From Tubulanus polymorphus (taxonomy: Eukaryota; Animalia; Nemertea), in contig NC_134036.1 in assembly GCF_964204645.1 (NCBI RefSeq), positions 7,389,434 to 7,453,433 of the forward strand: a stretch of 64,000 nucleotides of DNA. Reading direction: 5' to 3'. The translations under genes and the position numbers were made by a program. Within the stretch, counting starts at the first letter, position 1, and the number at the start of each line of letters is the position of its first letter. Positions 1 to 11,000 of the stretch are shown piece after piece. The notes beneath the pieces are model-generated. The model was not told the origin of the DNA, searched no databases, and saw nothing but the letters and a program-made list of their open reading frames with translations.

Positions 1-3000
1 GACTAAGTGCTGACCGGGCCGTGAACAGCGTTACGACCCGGCACCGGTCAGGAAGGGAGGGAGGGTGGCAGTAGGTCGGTCGTCCGTTCGTTCGTCAGTG
101 TGCCGGCGGTGGTAGTTCGAAAAACGACTAAGTGCTGACCGGGCCTTGATCAGCGTTACGAACCGGTGCAGTGAGGGAGGGAGGGAGGCAGTAGGTCGGT
201 CGTCCGTCCGTTCGCCAGTGTGCCGCTGGTGGTTGTTCGAAAAACGACTAAGTGCTGACCGGGCCTTGATCAGCGTTACGACCCGGTGCAGTTAGGGAGG
301 GAGGGAGGCACTAGGACAGTCGTCCGCCCGTTAGTCAGTGTGTCGGCGGTTGTTGTTCGAAAAACGACTAAGTGCTGACCGGGCCTTGATCAGCGTTACG
401 ACCCGGAGCATTGAGGGAGGGAGGGAGGCAGTAGGTCGGTCGTCCATCCGTTCGTCAGTGTGCCGGCGGTGGTAGTTCGAAAAACGACTAAGTGCTGACC
501 GGGCCTTGATCAGCGTTACGACCCGGTGCAGTGAGGGAGGGAGGGAGGGAGGTAGTAGGTCGGTCGTCCGTCCGTTCGTCAGTGTGCCGGCGGTGGTTGT
601 TCGAAAAACGAATAAGTGCTGACCGGGTCATGATCAGCGTTACGACCCGGTGCAGTGAGGGAGGGAGGGAGGGACGCAGTAGGTCGGTCGTCCATCCGTT
701 CGTCAGTGTATCGGCGGTTGTTGTTCGAAAAACGACTAAGTGCTGACCGGGCCTTGATCAGCGTTACGACCCGGAGCAGTGAGGGAGGGAGGGAGGCAGT
801 AGGTCGGTCGTCCGTCCGTTCGCCAGTGTGCCGGCGGTGGTTGTTCGAAAAACGAATAAGTGCTGACCGGGTCATGATCAGCGTTACGACCCGGTGCAGT
901 GAGGGAGGGAGGGAGGGACGCAGTAGGTCGGTCGTCCATCCGTTCGTCAGTGTATCGGCGGTTGTTGTTCGAAAAACGACTAAGTGCTGACCGGGCCTTG
1001 ATCAGCGTTACGACCCGGAGCAGTGAGGGAGGGAGGGAGGTAGTAGGTCGGTCGTCCGTCCGTTCGCCAGTGTGCCGGCGGTGGTTGTTCGAAAAACGAC
1101 TAAGTGCTGACCGGGCCATGAACAGCGTTACGACCCGGCACCGGTCAGGAAGGGAGGGAGGATGGCAGTAGGTCAGTCGTCCGTTCGTTCGTCAGTGTGC
1201 CGGCGGTGGTTGTTCGAAAAACGACTAAGTGCTGACCGGGCCTTGATCAGCGTTATGACCCGGAGCATTGAGGGAGGGAGGGAGGCAGTAGGTCGGTCGT
1301 CCGTCCGTTTGTCAGTGTGCCGGCAGCGATGGTTGTTCGAAAAATGACTAAGGGCTGACCGGGCCTTGATCAGCGTTACGACCCGGAGCATTGAGGGAGG
1401 GAGGGAGGCAGTAGGTCGGTCGTCCATCCGTTCGTCAGTGTGCCGGCGGTGGTAGTTCGAAAAACGACTAAGTGCTGACCGGGCCTTGATCAGCGTTACG
1501 ACCCGGTGCAGTGAGGGAGGGAGGGAGGCAGTAGGTCGGTCGTCCGTCCGTTCGCCAGTGTGCCGGCGGTGGTTGTTCGAAAAACGACTAAGTGCTGACC
1601 GGGCCTTGATCAGCGTTACGACCCGGAGCAGTGAGGGAGGGAGGGAGGCAGTAGGTCGGTCGTCCGTCCTTTCGCCAGAGTGCCGCTGGTGGTTGTTCGA
1701 AAAACGACTAAGTGCTGACCGGGCCTTGATCAGCGTTACGACCCGGTGCAGTGAGGGAGGGAGGGAGGCAGTAGGTCGGTCGTCCGTCCAGTCGTCAGTG
1801 TGCCGGCGATGGTTGTTCGAAAAACGACTAAGTGCTGACCGGGCCATGCACAGCGTTACGACCCGGCACCGGTCAGGAAGGGAGGGAGGGTGGCAGTAGG
1901 TCGGTCGTCCGTTCGTTGGTCAGTGTGCCGGCGGTGGTAGTTCGAAAAACGACTAAGTGCTGACCGGGCCTTGATCAGCGTTACGACCCGGAGCAGTGTG
2001 GGAGGGAGGGGGACAGTAGGTCGGTCGTCCGTCCGTTCGTCAGTTTGCCGGCAGAGTTGGTTGTTCGAAAAACGACTAAGTGCTGACCGGGCCTTGATCA
2101 GCGTTACGACCCGGTGTTGTGACGGAGGGAGGGAGGCAGTAGGTCGGTCGTCCGTCCTTTCGCCAGAGTGCCGCTGGTGGTTGTTCGAAAAACGACTAAG
2201 TGCTGACCGGGCCTTGATCAGCGTTACGACCCGGTGCAGTGAGGGAGGGAGGGAGGCAGTAGGTCGGTCGTCCGTCCAGTCGTCAGTGTGCCGGCGGTGG
2301 TTGTTCGAAAAACGACTAAGTGCTGACCGGGCCATGCACAGCGTTACGACCCGGCACCGGTCAGGAAGGGAGGGAGGGTGGCAGTAGGTCGGTCGTCCGT
2401 TCGTTGGTCAGTGTGCCGGCGGTGGTAGTTCGAAAAACGACTAAGTGCTGACCGGGCCTTGGTCAGCGTTACGACCCGGAGCAGTGTGGGAGGGAGGGGG
2501 ACAGTAGGTCGGTCGTCCGTCCGTTCGTCAGTGTGCCGGCAGAGTTGGTTGTTCGAAAAACGACTAAGTGCTGACCGGGCCTTGATCAGCGTTACGACCC
2601 GGTGTTGTGAGGGAGGGAGGGAGGCAGTAGGTCGGTCGTCCATCCGTTCGTCAGTGTGCCGGCGGTGGTTGTTCGAAAAACGACTAAGTGCTGACCGGGC
2701 CTTGATCAGCGTTACGACCCGGCACCGGTCAGGAAGGGAGGGAGGGTGGCAGTAGGTCGGTCGTCCATCCGTTCGTCAGTGTGCCGGCGGTGGTTGTTCG
2801 AAAAACGACTAAGTGCTGACCGGGCCTTGATCAGCGTTACGACCCGGAGCATTGAGGGAGGGAGGGAGGCAGTAGGTCGGTCGTCCGTCCGTTCGTCAGT
2901 GTGCCGGCGGTGGTTGTTCGAAAAACGACTAAGTGCTGACCGGGCCTTGATCAGCGTTACGACCCGGAGCAGTGAGGGAGGGAGGGAGGCAGTAGGTCGG

Positions 3001-6000
3001 TCGTCCGTCCGTTCGCCAGTGTGCCGGCGGTGGTTGTTCGAAAAACGACTAAGTGCTGACCGGGCCTTGATCTGCGTTACGACCCGGAGCATTGAGGGAG
3101 GGAGGCAGTAGGTCGGTCGTCCGTCCGTTTGTCAGTGTGCCGGCAGTGATGGTTGTTCGAAAAACGACTAAGGGTTGACCGGGCCTTAATCAGCGTTACG
3201 ACCCGGCGCTGGTCAGGGAGGGAGGGAGGGAGGCAGTAGGTCGGTCGTCCATCCGTTCGTCAGTGTGCCGGCGGTGGTAGTTCGAAAAACGACTAAGTGC
3301 TGACCGGGCCTTGATCAGCGTTACGACCCGGTGCAGTGAGGGAGGGAGGGAGGCAGTAGGTCGGTCGTCCATCCGTTCGTCAGTGTGCCGGCGGTGGTTG
3401 TTCGAAAAACGACTAAGTGCTGACCGGGCCATGATCAGCGTTACGACCCGGTGCAGTGAGGGAGGGAGGGAGGCAGTAGGACAGTCGTCCGCCCGTTAGT
3501 CAGTGTGTCGGCGGTTGTTGTTCGAAAAACGACTAAGTGCTGACCGGGCCTTGATCAGCGTTACGACCCGGAGCATTGAGGGAGGGAGGGAGGCAGTAGG
3601 TCGGTCGTCCATCCGTTCGTCAGTGTGCCGGTGGTGGTAGTTCGAAAAACGACTAAGTGCTGACCGGGCCTTGATCAGCGTTACGACCCGGAGCATTGAG
3701 GGAGGGAGGGAGGCAGTAGGTCGGTCGTCCATCCGTTCGTCAGTGTGCCGGCGGTGGTAGTTCGAAAAACGACTAAGTGCTGACCGGGCCTTGATCAGCC
3801 TTACGACCCGGTGCAGTTAGGGAGGGAGGGAGGGAGGCAGTAGGTCCGTCGTCCGCCCGTTAGTCAGTGTGTCGGCGGTTGTTGTTCGAAAAACGACTAA
3901 GTGCTGACCGGGCCATGAACAGCGTTACGACCCGGCACCGGTCAGGAAGGGAGGGAGGGTGGCAGTAGGTCGGTCGTCCGTTCGTTCGTCAGTGTGCCGG
4001 CGGTGGTAGTTCGAAAAACGACTAAGTGCTGACCGGGCCTTGATCAGCGTTACGACCCGGTGCAGTGAGGGAGGGAGGGAGGCACTAGGACAGTCGTCCG
4101 CCCGTTAGTCAGTGTGTCGGCGGTTGTTGTTCGAAAAACGACTAAGTGCTGACCGGGCCTTGATCAGCGTTACGACCCGGTGCAGTGAGGGAGGGAGGGA
4201 GGCACTAGGACAGTCGTCCGCCCGTTAGTCAGTGTGTCGGCGGTTGTTGTTCGAAAAACGACTAAGTGCTGACCGGGCCTTGATCAGCGTTACGACCCGG
4301 AGCAGTGAGGGAGGGAGGGAGGCAGTAGGTCGGTCGTCCGTCCGGTCGTCAGTGTGCCGGCGGTGGTTGTTCGAAAAACGACTAAGTGCTGACCGGGCCA
4401 TGATCAGCGTTACGACCCGGTGCAGTGAGGGAGGGAGGGAGGCACTAGGACAGTCGTCCGCCCGTTAGTCAGTGTGTCGGCGGTTGTTGTTCGAAAAACG
4501 ACTAAGGGCTGACCGGGCCTTAATCTGCGTTACGACCCGGCGCTGGTCAGGGAGGGAGGGAGGGAGGTAGTAGGTCGGTCGTCCATCCTTTGTCAGTGTG
4601 CCGGCGGTGGTAGTTCGAAAAACGACTAAGTGCTGACCGGGCCATGAACAGCGTTACGACCCGGCACCGGTCAGGAAGGGAGGGAGGGTGGCAGTAGGTC
4701 GGTCGTCCGTTCGTTCGTCAGTGTGCCGGCGGTGGTAGTTCGAAAAACGACTAAGTGCTGACCGGGCCTTGATCAGCGTTACGACCCGGTGCAGTGAGGG
4801 AGGGAGGGAGGGAGGCAGTAGGTCCGTCGTCCGCCCGTTAGTCAGTGTGTCGGCGGTTGCTGTTCGAAAAACGACTAAGTGCTGACCGGGCCTTGATCAG
4901 CGTTACGACCCGGCACCGGTATTGGAGGGAGGGAGGGAGGCAGTAGGTCGGTCGTCCGTCCGTTCGTCATTGTGCCGGCGGTGGTAGTTCGAAAAACGAC
5001 TAAGTGCTGACCGGGCCTTGATCAGCGTTACGACCCGGAGCAGTGAGGGAGGGAGGGAGGCAGTAGGTCGGTCGTCTGTCCGTTCGTCAGTGTGCCGGCG
5101 GTGGTAGTTCGAAAAACGACTAAGTGCTGACCGGGCCTTGATCAGCGTTACGATCCGGTGCAGTGAGGGAGGGAGGGAGGGAGGCAGTAGGTCCGTCGTC
5201 CGCCCGTTAGTCAGTGTGTCGGTGGTTGTTGTTCGAAAAACGACTAAGTGCTGACCGGGCCTTGATCAGCGTTACGACCCGGTGCAGTGAAGGAGGGAGG
5301 CAGTCACTAGGACAGTCGTCCGCCCGTTAGTCAGTGTGTCGGCGGTTGTTGTTCGAAAAACGACTAAGTGCTGACCGGGCCATGAACAGCGTTACGACCC
5401 GGCACCGGTCAGGAAGGGAGGGAGGGTGGCAGTAGGTCGGTCGTCCGTTCGTTCGTCAGTGTGCCGGCGGTGGTAGTTCGAAAAACGACTAAGTGCTGAC
5501 CGGGCCTTGATCAGCGTTACGACCCGGTGCAGTGAGGGAGGGAGGGAGGGAGGGAGGCAGTAGGTCGGTCGTCCGTCCGTTCGTCAGTGTGCCGGCGGTT
5601 GTTGTTCGAAAAACGACTAAGTGCTGACCGGGCCTTGATCAGCGTTACGACCCGGTGCAGTGAGGGAGGGAGGGAGGGAGCCAGTAGGTCGGTCGTCCGT
5701 CCGTTCGCCAGTGTGCCGCTGGTGGTTGTTCGAAAAACGACTAAGTGCTGAGCGGGCCTTGATCAGCGTTACGACCCGGTGCAGTGAGGGAGGGAGGGAG
5801 GGAGGCAGTAGGTCGGTCGTCCATCCGTTCGTCAGTGTGCCGGCGGTGGTAGTTCGAAAAACGACTAAGTGCTGACCGGGCCTTGATCAGCGTTACGACC
5901 CGGTGCAGTGAGGGAGGGAGGGAGGCAGTAGGTCGGTCGTCCGTCCGTTCGTCAGTGTGCCGGCGGTTGTTGTTCGAAAAACGACTAAGTGCTGACCGGG

Positions 6001-7344
6001 CCTTGATCAGCGTTACGACCCGGTGCAGTGAGGGAGGGAGGGAGGGAGGCAGTAGGTCGGTCGTCCGTCCGTTCGCCAGTGTGCCGCTGGTGGTTGTTCG
6101 AAAAACGACTAAGTGCTGACCGGGCCTTGATCAGCGTTACGACCCGGTGCAGTGAGGGAGGGAGGGAGGGAGGCAGTAGGTCGGTCGTCCATCCGTTCGT
6201 CAGTGTGCCGGCGGTGGTAGTTCGAAAAACGACTAAGTGCTGACCGGGCCTTGATCAGCGTTACGACCCGGTGCAGTGAGGGAGGGAGGGAGGCAGTAGC
6301 TCGGTCGTCCGTCCGTTCGCCAGTGTGCAGCTGGTGGTTGTTCGAAAAACGACTAAGTGCTGACCGGGCCTTGATCAGCGTTACGACCCGGAGCAGTGAG
6401 GGAGGGAGGGAGGCAGTAGGTCGGTCGTCCGTCCGTTCGCCAGTGTGCCGCTGGTGGTTGTTCGAAAAACGACTAAGTGCTGACCGGGCCTTGATCAGCG
6501 TTACGACCCGGTGCAGTGAGGGAGGGAGGCAGTAGGTCGGTCATCCGTCCGTTCGTCAGTGTGCCGGCAGTGCTGGTTGTTCGAAAAACGACTAAGTGCT
6601 GACCGGGCCTTGATAAGCGTCACGACCCGGAGCAGTGAGGGAGGGAGGGAGGGAAGCAGTAGGTCGGTCGTCCATCCGTTCGTCAGTGTGCCGGCGGTGG
6701 TTGTTCGAAAAACGACTAAGTGCTGACCGGGCCATGATCAGCGTTACGACCCGGCACCGGTCAGGAAGGGAGGGAGGGTGGCAGTAGGTCGGTCGTCCGT
6801 TCGTTCGTTCGTCAGTGTGCCGGCGGTGGTAGTTCGAAAAACGACTAAGTGCTGACCGGGCCTTGATCAGCGTTACGACCCGGTGCAGTGAGGGAGGGAG
6901 GGAGGCACTAGGACAGTCGTCCGCCCGTTAGTCAGTGTGTCGGTGGTTGTTGTTCGAAAAACGACTAAGTGCTGACCGGGCCTTGATCAGCGTTACGACC
7001 CGGAGCGGTGTGGGAGGGAGGGGACAGTAGGTCGGTCGTCCGTCCGTTCGTCAGTGTGCCGGCAGAGTTGGTTGTTCGAAAAACGACTAAGTGCTGACCG
7101 GGCCTTGATCAGCGTTACGACCCGGTGCTGTGAGGGAGGGAGGGAGGGAGGGAGGGAGGCAGTAGGTCGGTCGTCCATCCGTTCGTCAGTGTGCCGGCGG
7201 TGGTTGTTCGAAAAACGACTAAGTGCTGACCGGGCCTTGATCAGCGTTACGACCCGGCGCTTTGAGGGAGGGAGGGAGGGAGGCAGTAGGTCGGTCGTCC
7301 ATCCGTTAGTCAGTGCGTCGGCGGTTGTTGTTCGAAAAACGACT
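1..7344 (+). repeat. Satellite A tandem array, left block (~60 monomers of 120 bp, with 123/124/125-bp variants)
   Basis: Monomer gactaagtgctgaccgggccttgatcagcgttacgacccggtgcagtgagggagggagggaggcagtaggtcggtcgtccgtccgttcgtcagtgtgccggcggtggttgttcgaaaaac recurs at 120-bp period (lines 121, 241, 361, 481 start identically). Length variants come from an extra GGGA, the caccggtcaggaa form and the gcagtgatgg form. Confidence 0.99.
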
Positions 7345-7613
<269 letters not shown>

Positions 7614-7649
7614 TCGAGCGAGGCTTGGACGAGATTGATCGCTTACGTG

Positions 7650-7669
7650 TTTGCTATATACAGGGGGAC
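7650..7669 (+). promoter_or_regulatory. TATA/purine-run motif (tttgctatatacaggggg), candidate Pol I-type or other promoter; related copies at ~8085, 8933, 10216, 12088
   Basis: acgaga-N15-tttgctatatac is conserved in sequence and spacing between otherwise dissimilar contexts. The promoter function is inferred only from resemblance to TATATA+G-run rRNA start sites. Confidence 0.3.
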
Positions 7670-8019
7670 GGTGTCCGCACGTAACAATCGGCCGCGCTCG
7701 GATGGCTCGACGCGGCGCGCGAGCCATGCACTGCCCGGTTCGTCCCGTTCGGTCGGTCCAGGGCGGTTGCGCGCTCGCTCGGCCGGTCGACGGTGGCGGC
7801 CAAGAGAGTCAGGTGGCGAAAAATGACCGAGTGCCGAGTGGCCTGACGGTCGAACGCCACGCGGTCCTGTGGCAGGCCGGTAACCGTGGCTGCGCGGGGG
7901 ATAGGGGCGGTCGGTCGGCCGGTCGGTCGACGGTTGTGGTGCGGTCGCCTCAAGAGAGACACGGAGAGAGGCCCGTGGTCGTCCAGTTGAGTGGTCGTCG
8001 AGTAGAGTTGAGTATCGAT

Positions 8020-11000
8020 AAGAGTCCAGACTCTAAACGGACGAGTAGAGCACGAAGTATCAGACGAGAACGGTCATAGCGGATTTTGCTATATACATTC
8101 GTGGTATGTCGTTCGTTGACGAGCGTCGTTCGTAAATTCTACATGGTCGCGTCTCTGAGCTGGCCGCCGTCGCCGCCGTGGTGGCGTCCGGGATGTTCGA
8201 TGACCTTCCACGATCCTCGATTTTCGTGCGTGTGGGGCCGCGCGTTTCTGTAGTGAGGATTTTTGTCCGCGTTCGGGAGAGTAAGTTCACACCGATGATG
8301 GGTGCGCCGAGCAGTGAGGGTTCAATGCCGTGACTCGTGCCCTAGGGTGTTCCTAAAATGTCGTTCGCTGTGCACCGTCGAATGTACGCGTCCGACCCTG
8401 CCCTCGTCCGACATAGACCAAAGCTGTCCTGTGGGTCGGCACGAACGCTATGGTTCGAATTCCGAACGCCAAGTTTGCGCGTTAGGTGAGTTATCGAGTA
8501 TCGGCAATGTCCATATTGTGGACTTGCGTTCGCACCGTACGGTACGGCGTCTAGAAATGAGTAGTAACAATCGCGGCTCTCGTCGCAAATTGACCGAAGA
8601 AGGGTCGAGCGTGCTGACGGGCCGAGTCCAACTCGGGCCGTCGTCGGGATGCGCCGTCGGAGCTTCGGGCTTCGCTGGAGTGTGCGCTGGCATTGCCTGG
8701 CAGTTCCCGTCGGTGGCGTGCTCACGGTGGTGACGTTCGCAATCGGTAGAGAGGCGCCTCGCCCTCGAGGTAGACTGTCCAGAGTTGCCGGGCGGGCGAA
8801 GGGTGGCGGGCCGGTGCGCGTGGTCGGTAGTCGAGTAGAGTAAATTTTCGAAAAAACGAGGGAGTCCAGACTTTAAATGGAAGTGTAGAGCACCGAGTAT
8901 CTGGGTCTCGAACGAGAACGGTTATAGTGGATTTTGCTATATACGTGGAGAAGGCACCCAGGCGGTTCGGTTTCGCGTACGCGTTCCGACTGCGTCAGTC
9001 GATCGTGGCCGGTCAACGACCGGTCCGCGGCGGCCTTCCCCGTAGGATACGCTAACTGCAAGACGCCTCGCCAGGTCGCGAAGCTACCTCCGGGAGCCTC
9101 CTTCAAAACGGCGGTGGTGCGCGCGTCCGTTGTCTCGTCGAGAGACGCGGACGGACTCGATAGGTCGGATACTGTGGTCGCTCGCGCGTTCGTCTCCGCT
9201 CCGGCGGGGTCGGACGCTCAAAGCTTTTTCTGTTGACGAGTGCTGGCGTCGTTCGTTGTCGAGCGTCGTTCGTAAACTCTACATGGTCGCGTCTCTGAGC
9301 TGGTCGCCGCCGCCGCCGCGGTGGCGTCCGGGATGTTCGATTACCTTCCACTATCCTCGATTTTCGTGCGTGTGGGGCCGCGCGTTTCTGTAGTGAGGTT
9401 TTTTGTCCGCGTTCGGGAGAGTAAGTTCGCACCGATGATGGGCGCGCCGAGCAGTGAGGGTGCAATGCAATGACTCGTGCCCTAGGAGTGTTCCTAAAAG
9501 GTCGTTCGCTGTGCACCGTCGAATGTACGCGTCCGACCTATACCCCCGTCCGACCTAGACCAAAGCTGTCCTGTGGGTCGGCCCGAACGCTATGGATCGA
9601 ATTCCGAACGCCAAGATTTCGCGTTAGGTTGAGTTATCGAGTATCGGCTATGACCATATTGTGGACTTGCGTTCGCGCTCGTACGGTACGGCGTCTAGAA
9701 TTAAGTCGTAACAATCGCGGCTCTCGTCGCAAATTGACCGAAGAAGGATCGAGCGGGGTGCGTGCTGACGGGCCGAGTCCAACTCGGGCCTTCGTCGGTA
9801 TGCGTAATCCGCCGTCGGGGCGTCTGGCTTCGCCGAAGTGTACGCGTTGCCTGGCAGTTCCCGTCGGTGGAAGGTCTCTTTCGCTGGTCTGTCGAACGGC
9901 GTCTAAGATTAAGTCGTAACAATCGCGGCTTTGTCGCAAATTGATCTAGCGGTGCTCTGCGTGCTCGGACCCGCATAACAGGTAATAGTGTCTGCGTGCT
10001 GGGTTACGGTCCCCGCGTTAACGGAGTTGGTCGCCGCGTTAACGTTACTGGCCTCCGCTTAGGCGGACCGCATCTGCGTGCTGGGGTGGCGGGCCGGTGC
10101 GCGTGGTCGGTCATCGAGAAGTGTAGATTTTTGAAAAAAATGAGGGAGTCCAGACTTAAAGGGAAGTGTAGAGCACCGAGTATCAAGGTCTCGAACGAGA
10201 ACGGTTATAGTGGATTTTACTATATACGTGGAGAAGGTGCCCAGGCGGTTCGGTTTCGCGTACGCGTTCCGACTGCGTCAGTCGATCGTGGCCGGTCAAC
10301 GACCGGTCCGCGGCGGCCTTCCCCGTAGGATACGCTAACTGCAAGACGCCTCGCCAGGTCGCGAAGCTACCTCCGGGAGCCTCCTTCAAAACGGCGGTGG
10401 TGCGCGCGTCCGTTGTCTCGTCGAGAGACGCGGACGGACTCGATAGGTCGGATACGGTGGTCGCTCGCGCGTTCGTCTCCGCTCCGGCGGGGTCGGACGC
10501 TCAAAGCTTTTTCTGTTGACGAGTGCTGGCGTCGTTCGTTGTCGAGCGTCGTTCGTAAACTCTACATGGTCGCGTCTCTGAGCTGGTCGCCGCCGCCGCC
10601 GCGGTGGCGTCCGGGATGTTCGATTACCTTCCACTATCCTCGATTTTCGTGCGTGTGGGGCCGCGCGTTTCTGTAGTGAGGTTTTTTGTCCGCGTTCGGG
10701 AGAGTAAGTTCGCACCGATGATGGGCGCGCCGAGCAGTGAGGGTGCAATGCAATGACTCGTGCCCTAGGAGTGTTCCTAAAAGGTCGTTCGCTGTGCACC
10801 GTCGAATGTACGCGTCCGACCTATACCCCCGTCCGACCTAGACCAAAGCTGTCCTGTGGGTCGGCCCGAACGCTATGGATCGAATTCCGAACGCCAAGTT
10901 TTCGCGTTAGGTTGAGTTATCGAGTATCGGCTATGACCATATTGTGGACTTGCGTTCGCGCTCGTACGGTACGGCGTCTAGAAATAAGTCGTAACAATCG

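Noticed and set aside
116-132. CENP-B box-like ttcg...a in SatA
   Set aside because: It matches TTCG-N4-A but lacks the required CGGG.
9703-9714. aagtcgtaacaa, identical to the conserved SSU rRNA 3' motif, twice per 1.28-kb unit
   Set aside because: The match is only 12 nt, and the flanks (ggtttccgtaggtgaacctgc expected) do not match, so no rRNA gene is called.
9975-10135. Spliced-leader/snRNA-like signals (cag|gtaa and the Sm-like gatttttga) in the 1.28-kb unit
   Set aside because: The donor varies between copies, the Sm-like site is absent from the diverged copy, and there is no recognisable snRNA, SL or 5S sequence.
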